From a bacterium (lineage in GTDB: Bacteria > Zhuqueibacterota > Zhuqueibacteria > Residuimicrobiales > Krinioviventaceae), in NCBI GenBank assembly GCA_963693055.1, contig OY843751.1, forward strand, positions 448,001 to 512,000: 64,000 nt of DNA, written 5' to 3'. The position numbers were made by a program, and so were the translations under genes. The notes beneath the pieces were generated by a model. It worked only from the letters and a program-made list of their open reading frames with translations. It searched no databases and was not told the DNA's origin. Positions 10,294 to 21,603 of the stretch are shown here, piece after piece. The first letter of the stretch is position 1, and each line of letters starts with the position of its first letter.

Positions 10294-11964
10294 ATGAGAT
10301 CAGATACCGTAAAAAAAGGATATGAACGAGCACCACATCGCAGTTTACTTAAAGCTACAGGCGTTAAAGATGAAGATTTTAACAAGCCTTTTATTGGTAT
10401 CTGTAATTCATATATAGATTTAATTCCGGGGCACGTTCACTTGCAGGAATTTGGCCGCAAAGTCAAAGAAGCTGTGCGTGCAGCGGGTGGTGTCCCTTTT
10501 GAATTTAATACCATTGGTGTTGATGATGGTATTGCCATGGGGCACAAGGGAATGAATTACAGTCTGCCATCCAGAGAGATCATTGCAGATAGCGTTGAAA
10601 CTGTTGCCACAGCGCATTGTTTAGATGCTTTGGTATGTATCCCCAATTGCGACAAGATTGTTCCCGGCATGTTGATGGGTGCTTCACGCATCAATATACC
10701 CACTATATTCATATCGGGCGGTCCTATGAAAAAGGGTATCAACTCTAAAGGTGAACCTGTGGATTTGATTTCGGTATTTGAGGGTGTAGGGCAATACTCG
10801 TCCGGTCAAATTGGTGACGCAGAACTCAAAGACCTTGAAGACAATGGGTGTCCCACTTGTGGAAGCTGTTCAGGTATGTTTACTGCAAACAGTATGAACT
10901 GTTTGTGTGAAGCCCTGGGAATGGCACTGCCCGGTAATGGAACTGTGCTCGCTGTGGATCCCAAACGTGACGAGTTGATTGCAAGTGTTGGTGAGCGCAT
11001 TATGGATTTGATAGCCAAAGACGTTAAACCCCGTGACATTTTAAATAAAGATACCTTTATGAACGCCTTTGCACTGGATTTGGCAATGGGTGGCTCAACC
11101 AATACCATTCTTCATACGTTTGCAATTGCTCACGAAGCGGGAATTGAATTGAGCCTTGAAGAATTGAGTGATTTATCTAAAAAAGTGCCATATTTGTGTA
11201 AAGTATCTCCGGCCACTAAAAATGTACATATTGAAGATGTTGACAATGCAGGCGGAATATCTGCCATATTAAAAGAGTTGTCAACTATTCCGGGTTTGCT
11301 CAAACTTGACAGACCTACAGTATCCGGTGTTTCACTGGGTGAAAATATCAAAGACGCGGATATACAAAACACTGAGGTAATACGCAAAAAAGAGAATGCT
11401 TATGCACAGACTGGTGGTTTGGCTGTACTGTTTGGCAACCTTGCACCTGAAGGCAGTGTTGTTAAAACCGGAGCGGTAGCACCCGAGATGTGGGACCATA
11501 CCGGACCGGCAAGAATTTTTGAATGTGAAGAAGATGCCTTTAAAGCAGTAAATGACGGCCAGATCAATCCTGGAGATGTAATTGTAATCCGTTTTGAAGG
11601 TCCGAAAGGAGGTCCGGGTATGCGCGAGATGCTTGCAGCCACATCCGCAGTGATGGGTCGCGGTCTTGGCAGCTCGGTTGCTCTAATCACCGATGGGCGA
11701 TTTTCAGGAGGTACCCGAGGCGCATGTATTGGGCATGTAAGTCCCGAAGCAGCAGCGCACGGCCCTATTGCCGCACTTGAAGAAGGCGATATGATCCATG
11801 TTGATTTGAATAAAGGGCTTTTAGAAGTTGATATGAGTCAAGAAGAAATGCAAAAACGTATTTCTGCTTTACCCAAGTTTGAGCCCCGAATCAAAACGGG
11901 TTGGTTGGCTAGATATACACATTTTGTAAAATCAGCCAACACAGGTGCGGTGATGGAATATTAA
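10294..11964 (+). CDS. ilvD: Dihydroxy-acid dehydratase
   Basis: [41 protein letters not shown]. Confidence 0.97.
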   Translation: MRSDTVKKGYERAPHRSLLKATGVKDEDFNKPFIGICNSYIDLIPGHVHLQEFGRKVKEAVRAAGGVPFEFNTIGVDDGIAMGHKGMNYSLPSREIIADSVETVATAHCLDALVCIPNCDKIVPGMLMGASRINIPTIFISGGPMKKGINSKGEPVDLISVFEGVGQYSSGQIGDAELKDLEDNGCPTCGSCSGMFTANSMNCLCEALGMALPGNGTVLAVDPKRDELIASVGERIMDLIAKDVKPRDILNKDTFMNAFALDLAMGGSTNTILHTFAIAHEAGIELSLEELSDLSKKVPYLCKVSPATKNVHIEDVDNAGGISAILKELSTIPGLLKLDRPTVSGVSLGENIKDADIQNTEVIRKKENAYAQTGGLAVLFGNLAPEGSVVKTGAVAPEMWDHTGPARIFECEEDAFKAVNDGQINPGDVIVIRFEGPKGGPGMREMLAATSAVMGRGLGSSVALITDGRFSGGTRGACIGHVSPEAAAHGPIAALEEGDMIHVDLNKGLLEVDMSQEEMQKRISALPKFEPRIKTGWLARYTHFVKSANTGAVMEY

Positions 11965-12003
11965 TTTGATTGATATGATATTAACCAACAGATAGGTAAT
12001 TTT

Positions 12004-13731
12004 ATGGAAGCTGCAGCAATGAAGAAAAAAATGAGCGGCGCAGATATATTTTTTGAGAGCTTGAGACGAGAAGGTGTTGACACTATTTTTGGGTATCCTG
12101 GTGGCGCTGTGTTACATATATATGACCGATTATATGATGTGGATTTTTTGCATCATGTACTGGTTCGTCATGAACAGGGTGCAACCCATATGGCCGAAGG
12201 ATATGCAAAGGCAACCGGAAAGCCAGGTGTGGTATTGGTTACATCCGGACCCGGTGCAACCAACACAGTCACCGGTATTGCAGATGCTTATATGGATTCA
12301 ATTCCTATGGTCGTCATTGCTGGACAGGTTTCCAGTCATTTGATTGGTAATGATGCATTTCAGGAAGCAGATACAACCGGTATAACCCGGTCCATAACAA
12401 AATGGAGCTATCTGGTTACACGCATTGAAGATTTGGCGCCAACCATACGTAAAGCGTTTCATATTGCAACCACAGGGCGCCCGGGTCCCGTGGTGATTGA
12501 CCTTTGCAAAGATGTTGTAATGAGTTCCGGTATTTTTAATTACCCTGAAGAACTGGAGCTGCGAGGGTATAAACCCCAGGTAAACGGACACCCGGTGATG
12601 ATTAAAAATGCGGTTGATGCAATTAAAAAGGCCAAAAAGCCTTTAATCTATGCTGGTGGCGGTGTAATACTGTCTAATGGTGGAAAACAATTGACCGAAT
12701 TTGCTCGAAAAACAGGTATACCCGTTACTTTGACTCTTCATGGTTTGGGTGGATATCCCGGAACAGATGACCAATTTTTGGGTATGCTGGGTATGCACGG
12801 AACCTTTACCGCAAATCAGGCGGTGAATGAATGTGATTGTTTGATAGCTATTGGAGCACGGTTCGATGATCGTGTAACCGGCAGAGTGGATAAATTTGCA
12901 ACCAAAGCAACAAAGATCCATATTGATATTGATCCGGCATCCATTAATAAAAATGTTCAGGTTGACTTTCCGGTTGTTGGGCAGGTGTCTAATATTCTGG
13001 CGGAAATGATCCATCATTTTGATGGCAAAATGGAACTGGACGATTGGTGGAAACAGGTCAATGGCTGGCGTGAGCAATGTCCGTTAGAAGTACCGGAAGA
13101 AGACGGTAAATTACGTCCCCAAAATATACTTAAAAAACTGTCTGATAGAACAAAAGGTGATGCAATTGTAGTATCGGATGTAGGTCAGAACCAAATGTGG
13201 GCGGCCCAACATTTTCTGTACAATCATCCCCGTACCCATATTACATCAGGTGGTTTGGGCACAATGGGATTTTCTGTACCGGCTTCCATTGGTGCGGCAT
13301 TTGGTGTTAAAGATAAGCCGGTAATCTCTATCTCAGGAGATGGCGGATTTCAAATGAATATTCAGGAATTGATTACGGCGGCTTATTACAAACTGCCTGT
13401 TAAATTTATTATTTTTAATAACAGCTATCTGGGTATGGTTCGTCAGTGGCAGGAATTGTTTCATGATTCACGTTTTTCTTTTACGGATCTGTCACACAGT
13501 AATCCGGATTTTATTAAAATTGCCGAAGGTATGGGCTGCAAGGCCCGTAAAGTTACCGAAATGTCAGAGGTGGATGATGCCATTGATTGGGCATTTTCCA
13601 TTAATGATGGACCTACCGTTCTCGAGTTTACCACTGTTAAAGAGGAAATGGTATTTCCCATGGTACCTGCAGGTGCAGCTGTTAGTGAAATGATTTTAAA
13701 ACGCTTGAATCCTGATGAATTTGACGTATAA
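12004..13731 (+). CDS. ilvB: Acetolactate synthase large subunit
   Basis: FGYPGGA, RHEQGA, GMLGMHG, GDGGFQMN TPP motif, LGMVRQWQ. Confidence 0.95.
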   Translation: MEAAAMKKKMSGADIFFESLRREGVDTIFGYPGGAVLHIYDRLYDVDFLHHVLVRHEQGATHMAEGYAKATGKPGVVLVTSGPGATNTVTGIADAYMDSIPMVVIAGQVSSHLIGNDAFQEADTTGITRSITKWSYLVTRIEDLAPTIRKAFHIATTGRPGPVVIDLCKDVVMSSGIFNYPEELELRGYKPQVNGHPVMIKNAVDAIKKAKKPLIYAGGGVILSNGGKQLTEFARKTGIPVTLTLHGLGGYPGTDDQFLGMLGMHGTFTANQAVNECDCLIAIGARFDDRVTGRVDKFATKATKIHIDIDPASINKNVQVDFPVVGQVSNILAEMIHHFDGKMELDDWWKQVNGWREQCPLEVPEEDGKLRPQNILKKLSDRTKGDAIVVSDVGQNQMWAAQHFLYNHPRTHITSGGLGTMGFSVPASIGAAFGVKDKPVISISGDGGFQMNIQELITAAYYKLPVKFIIFNNSYLGMVRQWQELFHDSRFSFTDLSHSNPDFIKIAEGMGCKARKVTEMSEVDDAIDWAFSINDGPTVLEFTTVKEEMVFPMVPAGAAVSEMILKRLNPDEFDV

Positions 13732-13769
13732 AAATTGAAAGTAATGAACATAGATTGAGGAATTAAACC

Positions 13770-15176
13770 ATGTCAACCCCCAAAACCTTGTTTGAAAAAG
13801 TATGGCAAAACCATGTTGTTTTTACAGAACCGGATTCTCCATCCATTTTGTACATCGATCTGCACCTGGTTCACGAAGTAACATCTCCCCAGGCATTTCA
13901 GGGACTTCGTGACAAGGGATTAAAAGTACGCAGACCCTCACAAACTGTGGGAACAATGGACCACTCTATTCCTACAACAGATCCATCAATTCCAATTCAG
14001 GACAAGCTTGCAGCAGCACAAATTGATAAAATGGTGCAAAACTGTAAAGAATTTGGTGTACCCCTGCACGATATGAAAAGCAGCACACGCGGTATTGTGC
14101 ATGTAATTGGACCGGAGCTTGGACTCACCCAACCGGGTATGACGATTGTTTGTGGTGACAGTCACACCGCTACACATGGTGCCTTTGGAGCGCTGGCTTT
14201 TGGTATTGGAACAAGTGAAGTTGAACACGTGCTTGCAACCCAAACGTTGTTACAAAATAAACCCAAAACCATGAAAGTACAGGTAGATGGTGAATTGCAA
14301 CCGGGTGTAACTTCAAAAGATATTATTCTTGCATTGATTGCAAAAATTGGAACCGGCGGTGGAACCGGATATGTGATTGAATATGCAGGCAGCGCTATCC
14401 GTTCGTTGAGCATGGAGGCCCGTATGACCATTTGTAATATGAGTATTGAAGGTGGTGCGCGCGCGGGTATGATTGCTCCCGATGAAATCACTTTTGAGTA
14501 TATCAAAGGTCGTAAATATGCTCCACAAGGTTCGGCATGGGATGCCGCGGTAGATTACTGGAAAAGCTTACCATCCGATGAAGGTGCAGAATATGACAAG
14601 GTCGTAACTTTGGATGCGTCTGCATTGAAACCCATGATCACTTTTGGAACAACCCCGGGTATGGGCATTATGATTGATGAAAATGTACCTGATCCGGCTG
14701 CTATTTCTGATACCAATAAAAAACATGCGCTTGAAAAAGCTTTGACCTATATGGGGCTTGCACCTGGTCAGGCTATTCAAGACCAGAAAGTGGATGTTGT
14801 ATTCATTGGTAGTTGTACAAACGGACGTATTAGTGATCTTCGTCAGGCTGCTGATATATTCAAAGGCCGTAAAGTTGCAGAGGGTACCCGTGTTATGGTT
14901 GTTCCCGGATCGCAGCAGGTAAAGAATCAAGCTGAAGCAGAAGGTCTTGATAAAATTTTTAAGGATGCTGGTGCGGAATGGCGTGAATCCGGATGCAGTA
15001 TGTGTATTGCCATGAATGGTGATCAGCTTGTACCCGGTCAATATGCTGTAAGTACCAGTAACCGAAATTTTGAAGGGCGTCAGGGTAAAGGTGGACGAAC
15101 ATTTCTTGCCAGCCCACTTACCGCTGCAGCTACAGCAGTGACCGGTAAAGTTACCGATGCACGTACATTAAGTTAA
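13770..15176 (+). CDS. leuC: 3-isopropylmalate dehydratase large subunit
   Basis: [39 protein letters not shown]. Confidence 0.97.
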   Translation: MSTPKTLFEKVWQNHVVFTEPDSPSILYIDLHLVHEVTSPQAFQGLRDKGLKVRRPSQTVGTMDHSIPTTDPSIPIQDKLAAAQIDKMVQNCKEFGVPLHDMKSSTRGIVHVIGPELGLTQPGMTIVCGDSHTATHGAFGALAFGIGTSEVEHVLATQTLLQNKPKTMKVQVDGELQPGVTSKDIILALIAKIGTGGGTGYVIEYAGSAIRSLSMEARMTICNMSIEGGARAGMIAPDEITFEYIKGRKYAPQGSAWDAAVDYWKSLPSDEGAEYDKVVTLDASALKPMITFGTTPGMGIMIDENVPDPAAISDTNKKHALEKALTYMGLAPGQAIQDQKVDVVFIGSCTNGRISDLRQAADIFKGRKVAEGTRVMVVPGSQQVKNQAEAEGLDKIFKDAGAEWRESGCSMCIAMNGDQLVPGQYAVSTSNRNFEGRQGKGGRTFLASPLTAAATAVTGKVTDARTLS

Positions 15177-15230
15177 TTGGATTCGAATACTAGCCGGAAT
15201 TTCCGGTTTGACATAAAACACGAGGTAGCT

Positions 15231-15839
15231 ATGGAAGCCTTTACAACATTGACTAGTAAATTTGTTTCAATACCAGTAAATGACATTGATACAGATCAAA
15301 TTATGCCGGCCAGATTTTTAAAAGTAACTGATAAAGCCGGTTTGGGAGAAAATGTGTTTTTTGACTGGCGTTATAATGAAGATGGCAGCAAAAAATCTGA
15401 GTTCGTTTTGAATCAACCCAAAGCACAGGGTGTTAAAATTTTAATAGCGGGTGATAACTTTGGCTGTGGATCAAGCCGTGAACATGCACCCTGGGGTTTA
15501 ACAGGATTTGGCTTTAAATCCATAATAAGTACCAGCTTTGCAGATATTTTTAAAAACAATTCATTAAAGAATGGTCTATTACCGGTTGAAGTGGAAGAAA
15601 AAGTGTTGCAGCAATTGTTTGATCTTGCTGAAGCGGGTTCTGACGCTGAATTAACCATAGATCTGGAATCTCAAACTGTAAGTTTACCTGATGGCAGCAA
15701 GGTGGGATTTCCGGTTGATCCGTTCAGTAAAACATGTCTTTTAGAAGGGATCGATCAGTTGGGGTATCTTGAGAAATTTGCAGATAAAGTTGAAGAATTT
15801 GAGACAAAAAATTCAGCAAGAGTAAATACACTCGCCTGA
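15231..15839 (+). CDS. leuD: 3-isopropylmalate dehydratase small subunit
   Basis: DIDTDQIMPARFL, NFGCGSSREHA; RBS gaggt before ATG 15231. Confidence 0.96.
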   Translation: MEAFTTLTSKFVSIPVNDIDTDQIMPARFLKVTDKAGLGENVFFDWRYNEDGSKKSEFVLNQPKAQGVKILIAGDNFGCGSSREHAPWGLTGFGFKSIISTSFADIFKNNSLKNGLLPVEVEEKVLQQLFDLAEAGSDAELTIDLESQTVSLPDGSKVGFPVDPFSKTCLLEGIDQLGYLEKFADKVEEFETKNSARVNTLA

Positions 15840-15847
15840 TAAAATTT

Positions 15848-15875
15848 ACACCCCGATTGCTATTAATCGGGGTGT
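15848..15875. terminator. Hairpin between convergent genes
   Basis: acaccccgatt-gctatt-aatcggggtgt. Confidence 0.6.
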
Positions 15876-16414
15876 TGTTCTATTAATTCAATTGTGTCTA
15901 TTTTATCAATTTGAAGAAAAACAATATCTTCTACTTTTTCAGTAGTAATCATTAATTTTTGCTTTATTAAATCATTACCGGTTTTGACATCAATTTCAGC
16001 AAATTTTTTTACTACACCGGTGCCGTTTTCAAGTGTTTTGAGAATTGAGCTGTTTATCATACAACCGGTACAGTGTTTACTCTTTCCGCAAGTTCCATTC
16101 TTTACAAAATGAACACAATCAAACACCTCTCCACCAACAAAATTTTCAATTTTTTCAAGTGGTTTTTCAACCATGTGACTTCCGGCTTTGTTGGCTGTTT
16201 TGACAATGTTTTGAGCATCAACCAGAAATACAGGTTTCTCGAATTTATTGAGAAAATTTTGTATCGATTTTCTCTTTTTATTGTGACCGTATTGCAATTT
16301 TTCTTTACAATCCAAGCATATACCATGAGTAATATTGTATCTCGGATTAGATGTTTCAAATGCAGCCGGCCCCATATCCATTTTGCACCAGGCGCAAACG
16401 CGTTGCACTATCAT
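15863..16414 (-). CDS. Cys-rich hypothetical protein with a CAWC...HGIC..C motif and a PAS-like region
   Basis: CAWC, THGICLDC and C-x6-C-x5-C-x2-C; PVFLVD..NIV..AN PAS-like segment. Confidence 0.6.
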   Translation of the reverse strand: MIVQRVCAWCKMDMGPAAFETSNPRYNITHGICLDCKEKLQYGHNKKRKSIQNFLNKFEKPVFLVDAQNIVKTANKAGSHMVEKPLEKIENFVGGEVFDCVHFVKNGTCGKSKHCTGCMINSSILKTLENGTGVVKKFAEIDVKTGNDLIKQKLMITTEKVEDIVFLQIDKIDTIELIEQHPD

Positions 16415-16558
16415 ATAAATTAAACCCCTAAATTATCAACAATGAATAATTAAGTTACTCATTATAATAATACATTCAAACATTGTTTTTGCATAAAAGA
16501 AAAAGGTGCGTTATTTCACGTATTGAAATAATATTTCTTTTTCTTTTTAACGTTGAAA

Positions 16559-16574
16559 TGGCATGTATGTTGCT
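16559..16574 (+). promoter_or_regulatory. Sigma-54 (-24/-12) promoter
   Basis: TGGCATGTATGTTGCT, canonical GG-N10-GC spacing, upstream of the MCP gene. Confidence 0.65.
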
Positions 16575-16741
16575 TTTTATTATTTACATGATATAATAAA
16601 TTTTATGATTGTTCGAGTCTTTCTTTAAGCTTTTGTAAAACATATGTTTGGGTAAGTGTGTATTTTGCCATGACTGCAGTACCTAAGTATCGTTTTGTGC
16701 TCTCGCTGAAAAATTTTCCCTTTGGATGAAAGGAGTATCTA

Positions 16742-18853
16742 ATGTCCGGTTTGAAATTGAAAACTGAATTTTATATTGCCGCTGCCAGTGTTTCAATTGT
16801 ATTATTGGTTGTTGGGATTTGGGGGATTACTAATGTAATACATTCAAAAAATTGTTTAAAATCCATTAAAGAATCTCAAGTTTTTGCATTGATTTTGTTG
16901 AGCGATTTGCGAGATGCTCAGGCTATTATCTCGGAATATGAAGCCATTGTGCTGAATCCATTTACAGTAGAAACACCAACCGCAGGCGATTACAAAAAAC
17001 AAAACGAGAATGCCTGGCCTTTAATTGAAAACACCTTAAAGAGATATGGTGCAATTGAAAAACTCCCGGATCATGAGGAAAAATGGAAATCCTTTTTAAC
17101 AGTGTTGCAAGAGTGGAAAGATGCGCATCAATCCGTTTTACAAACATCTTTAATCAATGAATCTGTAAACAATAACGCTTTTGAGGTGCAGTCTGCTTTT
17201 GCATTTTCATTGCTAAAATCTCAGGCTTTGAATGAATCGATCAAGGTGTTGCAAAATGTTCATATGACAGCAATGGACCAGATTCAAGCTAAAAACGATG
17301 TTAATGCAAATATCACCATCCTTATTTTATCTGTATTAATTATAACAGGATTAGTTATTGCATTTGTTTTTGGAACATTTTTTAACCGGGTTATTATAAA
17401 ACCAGTCAATACAATTATTGCTATGCTCAAAGAATGCAATGAGGGAAATCTTCGTCCTCGCGCCAATATAACTCATAACAATGAAGTTGGTGATCTGGCG
17501 CAAACGCTTGACAGTTTTGTAAACAAGCTTGAAACCAAAATTGTGGGTGGAATGTACAAGCTTGCTCAAGGTGAAATGATAGATGAGATTTATGTCAGCA
17601 ATAATGATGACCAGGTTGCTCCTGCCATGAATACAATGGTTCAGACTTTAAATAATGTTATGCAGGAAATTAGTATCATTACATCACATGCTATTGATGG
17701 AAATTTGGAATATAGGGGAGAAGCAAACGATTTTAGTGGTGTTTTTCAGGACATTATCCAAAAAGTTGATGAAACACTGGATGCTATTATAACTCCGTTG
17801 AATGCGGCATTAGATACTCTGACCAAACTGTCTGACAAAGATCTGACAGTACGAATTCAAAGTGATTTTCATGGTGATTATCAGCAATTAAAACAAGCAA
17901 TCAATACGGCCATGGAAAATCTGGATACCAGTCTGTCCAAAGTTGCAATGGTTGCTCAACAGGTTACCGTAGCAACAGACCAGATCAATGCTGGCAGCCA
18001 GTCGGTTGCACAGGCCGCATCTGAACAAGCCAGTTCTCTTGAAGAAGTATCGTCCTCATTGCACGAATTGGCATCACTTACAAAGCAAAATGCCGGAAAC
18101 ACCAATGAAGCCAAAGACATGGCTACAAAGATAGAGTCAAATGCCACCCACATCCGCTCAGTAATGGACTCTATGGCCAAAAAGATGGAACTGATTAAAA
18201 CTTCTTCTGATGAAACAGTAACCATTGTAAAAACTATAGATGAAATTGCATTCCAGACAAACCTGCTGGCTTTAAATGCCGCAGTAGAAGCAGCCAGAGC
18301 CGGTGAAGCGGGAAAAGGTTTCGCCGTGGTTGCGGAAGAAGTCAGGAACCTGGCTATACGTTCTGCCGATGCTGCTAAAAATACATCTGCACTGATTGAA
18401 AGTTCAAAGCAGAACACGGATGAAGGTGTAAAGATGACGGGCGATATGAATTCTGTATTGATGGATATGATAAGCGATATTACTGATATTGCTCAGATCA
18501 TTTTTGAAGTGTCAGAAGCGGGTAATGAGCAAGCCCGTGGTATTGAGCAGGTTACAACAACCATTGGAGAATTAAACTCTATAACCCAGCAATTTGCGGC
18601 TACCTCGGAACAAACAGCAAGTTCGGCCCAGGAAGTTAACAGCCAGGTTCATGAATTAGAAAAACTTGTAATTGATTTTAATATTAGCCAAAAGAATTCT
18701 TTTATGGGGTCTGAACCTGCTTTGTCTATTAGTAGTACCAGAATTGCCGAAAATGGACAAAGAGCATCCGGGTATCGTTCAGCAGATCCTGAAAAGATTA
18801 TACCCTTTGGAAATGAGCCTGTTGATAATGATTTTGTGTTAAATGATTTCTAA
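16742..18853 (+). CDS. Methyl-accepting chemotaxis protein
   Basis: Two TM segments, HAMP-like regions, [34 protein letters not shown] signalling hairpin. Confidence 0.95.
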   Translation: MSGLKLKTEFYIAAASVSIVLLVVGIWGITNVIHSKNCLKSIKESQVFALILLSDLRDAQAIISEYEAIVLNPFTVETPTAGDYKKQNENAWPLIENTLKRYGAIEKLPDHEEKWKSFLTVLQEWKDAHQSVLQTSLINESVNNNAFEVQSAFAFSLLKSQALNESIKVLQNVHMTAMDQIQAKNDVNANITILILSVLIITGLVIAFVFGTFFNRVIIKPVNTIIAMLKECNEGNLRPRANITHNNEVGDLAQTLDSFVNKLETKIVGGMYKLAQGEMIDEIYVSNNDDQVAPAMNTMVQTLNNVMQEISIITSHAIDGNLEYRGEANDFSGVFQDIIQKVDETLDAIITPLNAALDTLTKLSDKDLTVRIQSDFHGDYQQLKQAINTAMENLDTSLSKVAMVAQQVTVATDQINAGSQSVAQAASEQASSLEEVSSSLHELASLTKQNAGNTNEAKDMATKIESNATHIRSVMDSMAKKMELIKTSSDETVTIVKTIDEIAFQTNLLALNAAVEAARAGEAGKGFAVVAEEVRNLAIRSADAAKNTSALIESSKQNTDEGVKMTGDMNSVLMDMISDITDIAQIIFEVSEAGNEQARGIEQVTTTIGELNSITQQFAATSEQTASSAQEVNSQVHELEKLVIDFNISQKNSFMGSEPALSISSTRIAENGQRASGYRSADPEKIIPFGNEPVDNDFVLNDF

Positions 18854-18951
18854 GTGTTTCCATTGGGGGAAAATACTTAAATTTCTTGGTTTCATGTCTG
18901 AATTATATTATCTTTTAATATTTGAAACAAACAATTCAATGGAGACGTACA

Positions 18952-21468
18952 ATGAAACGTTTTTTATTCATCATAATTTCTATTGTTATTGTTTTAGCTT
19001 CCTGTACACAAAAGGCTAAAAAGTCATCCCCTGAAATTGCAGAGTTTAAAGCAGTTTTTGATAATTATGATCGGGTCTGGGTTGGTAGAGATTTCTGGGC
19101 CATACCTATGGAAGATTGGCAAATTCATGACGGACGCCTGGAATGCGTGGGCAATAGAAACAATATGCGTGTGAATTTGTTAACATTTGTACTGAATGAA
19201 AAAGCTGTAGGATTCAATGCCGGGGTCCGTATGGGTTTGTTGAATTCCGGAGAGACCTACAGTTCGGCAGGATTGAGTATTGGCGTGCAGGATGCTGAGG
19301 ATCCTGATGTGCGTGCCGCTTGTTATTTTGGCAAGGGAGTCAAGTTGGGTGTAACCAGCTCGGGTGAACTGTATATTCAAAAACAGAAAACAACGCTGCC
19401 GGAAGGATTTGATCTGACTGATTTTCATTTACGTGTGAATGCGCAGCCTTCAGGTGGTCAATATACAGTAATAGCGGTGGTGACGGATAAACAAAATCAT
19501 TCGAAAAGTTTGAGCCAGACTGTCAACATAACTCCGGGATTACTGGCAATGTTTAATGATTTTCCGGGAAAAGGCGATAGAGGAAAAGGAAGCCATTTCT
19601 GGTTTGATAACTTTACAGTCAAGGGTGCCAAGATTGACAGCAAGCCTGAAAATTCATTTGGGCCAATCTTGTGGTCAATGTATACCATGAGTAGAAATGT
19701 TTTAAAATTGACCGCGCAAATGCCGCCCCTGGGTGATAGGGATGATCACAATGTTCGCCTGCTGTTGAAAAAAAGAAAAGATTGGGAGATTATCAAAGAA
19801 TCTCGAATTGATCCCAATGCCAGAACGGTTACATTCAAACTGGGGAACTGGGACTCTGAACAAGAAGTACAATACAGGCTGGTATATTCTGAAAAAGATA
19901 CAAACGGAAATGTTAGAGAAAGTGAATATGATGGAACGATACGTCGGGATCCTGTAGATCAAGATTTGACTTTGGGAGGTTTGACCTGTCAGTATGGCAC
20001 CGGATTTCCATATTCACCGCTGGTTAAACATATAACAGCGCAAAATCCGGACTTGCTTTATTTCTCCGGTGATCAGATATATGAAGGGAATGGCGGGTAC
20101 AGTATAATCCGTTTCCCCGCGGATATGGCCATATTGAGTTATCTTGGCAAATGGTACATGTTTGGCTGGGCATTTGGTGATTTGATGCGCGACAGACCCA
20201 CAATTTGTACTCCGGATGATCATGATGTGTTTCAAGGTAACTTGTGGGGAGAAGGTGGTAAAAATATTCCTCAAAAGAGTTTTAATATCTATCATGGTAC
20301 CGAAGGTGGATATGTAGAGCCTGCAGAGATGATCAATGTGGTACATACAACACAATGTTCGCATTTACCTGATCCTTTTGACCCTGCATTGATGGAACAA
20401 AACATTATACCGATCTATATGGATCTGGTATATGGCAGAATCAGCTTTGCAATTGTCAGTGATCGTAATTTTAAATCCGGGCCCAATGCAATAGCATTTT
20501 GGCAGGGCAGACAAGACCATGTTAAGGAAAAGGGTGTTGATCCCGCGGTGCTGGATTCTCCCGATTTGAAAATGCTGGGTGACCGGCAGCTGGATTTTCT
20601 GGATGAATGGGTAAGAGACTGGCGGGGAGCGGATATGAAAGTACTGCTTAGCCAGACGGTTTTTGCCAATATTGCAACGCATCATGGTGGAGAACAGATG
20701 GTGCTTGCCGCAGATCTGGATTCCGGTGGCTGGCCGCGTACAGCACGTAACAAGGCACTCTCTATTATTCGCAAAGGCTATGTATTTCATATTGTTGGTG
20801 ATCAGCACATTCCTTCGCTTTCACAATATGGAATTGATGATTACCGGGACGCAGGATGGTGTTTTTGTACTCCTGCTATTTATGTAGGCTATGAAAGACG
20901 TTTTCAGCCGGAACGCCTGGGTTGGGAAATTTCTGATCCGCCAGAGCATGGTTTGCCGAATACCGGTTATTATGAGGATGGCTTTGGGAACAAGCAATAT
21001 GTTTATGCAATGGGTAACCCGGTTGATAAACCTGTAAAATACCCACGGTATAAAAAAGGACAGGAAACAGCTTCAGGCTATGGATTGGTTGAGTTTGATA
21101 AAGCAGAACGGAATATTGTTGTGCATGCCTATCATTTTCTGGCTGATCCCGATAACCCGGAACTGGATGATGAATTTGCAGGATGGCCATATACCCTGAA
21201 TCAATTTGATAATGATGGTAGAAAAGCAGTTGGGCATTTGCCCAAAATTGAGGTCAAGGGAATCAAGAATCCTGTAGTTTTTGTAGACGATGAAAAGACC
21301 TGTGAACTGGTTCATGCTGTGCGAATTTTGGGAACCAGCTATTCAGCACCGGTTTACAGTAATGATACATTTACAGTAACCGTTGGTGATCCGGACAAGG
21401 CATTATGGAAAACCATAACATCGTTAAAACCGTCAACGGATGAAAAAATAATAAAAATTAATTTCTAA
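18952..21468 (+). CDS. PhoD-like alkaline phosphatase family lipoprotein
   Basis: Lipobox LASC; FSGDQIYE, PDDHD, GDQH metallophosphoesterase motifs. Confidence 0.8.
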   Translation: MKRFLFIIISIVIVLASCTQKAKKSSPEIAEFKAVFDNYDRVWVGRDFWAIPMEDWQIHDGRLECVGNRNNMRVNLLTFVLNEKAVGFNAGVRMGLLNSGETYSSAGLSIGVQDAEDPDVRAACYFGKGVKLGVTSSGELYIQKQKTTLPEGFDLTDFHLRVNAQPSGGQYTVIAVVTDKQNHSKSLSQTVNITPGLLAMFNDFPGKGDRGKGSHFWFDNFTVKGAKIDSKPENSFGPILWSMYTMSRNVLKLTAQMPPLGDRDDHNVRLLLKKRKDWEIIKESRIDPNARTVTFKLGNWDSEQEVQYRLVYSEKDTNGNVRESEYDGTIRRDPVDQDLTLGGLTCQYGTGFPYSPLVKHITAQNPDLLYFSGDQIYEGNGGYSIIRFPADMAILSYLGKWYMFGWAFGDLMRDRPTICTPDDHDVFQGNLWGEGGKNIPQKSFNIYHGTEGGYVEPAEMINVVHTTQCSHLPDPFDPALMEQNIIPIYMDLVYGRISFAIVSDRNFKSGPNAIAFWQGRQDHVKEKGVDPAVLDSPDLKMLGDRQLDFLDEWVRDWRGADMKVLLSQTVFANIATHHGGEQMVLAADLDSGGWPRTARNKALSIIRKGYVFHIVGDQHIPSLSQYGIDDYRDAGWCFCTPAIYVGYERRFQPERLGWEISDPPEHGLPNTGYYEDGFGNKQYVYAMGNPVDKPVKYPRYKKGQETASGYGLVEFDKAERNIVVHAYHFLADPDNPELDDEFAGWPYTLNQFDNDGRKAVGHLPKIEVKGIKNPVVFVDDEKTCELVHAVRILGTSYSAPVYSNDTFTVTVGDPDKALWKTITSLKPSTDEKIIKINF

Positions 21469-21480
21469 ATATATTATTGC

Positions 21481-21505
21481 GGGGCAGTCTTGGCTGTCCC
21501 TTTTT
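21481..21505 (+). terminator. Intrinsic terminator
   Basis: ggggcag-tcttgg-ctgtccc followed by ttttt. Confidence 0.7.
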
Positions 21506-21603
21506 AACACAAATTATTTTATAGGAGAGTAACATGATCATTATTTCTGCAAACACATGGCAAAACGTAAACAGGAACATGAATTTAATTTCAGGAGACC
21601 ATA

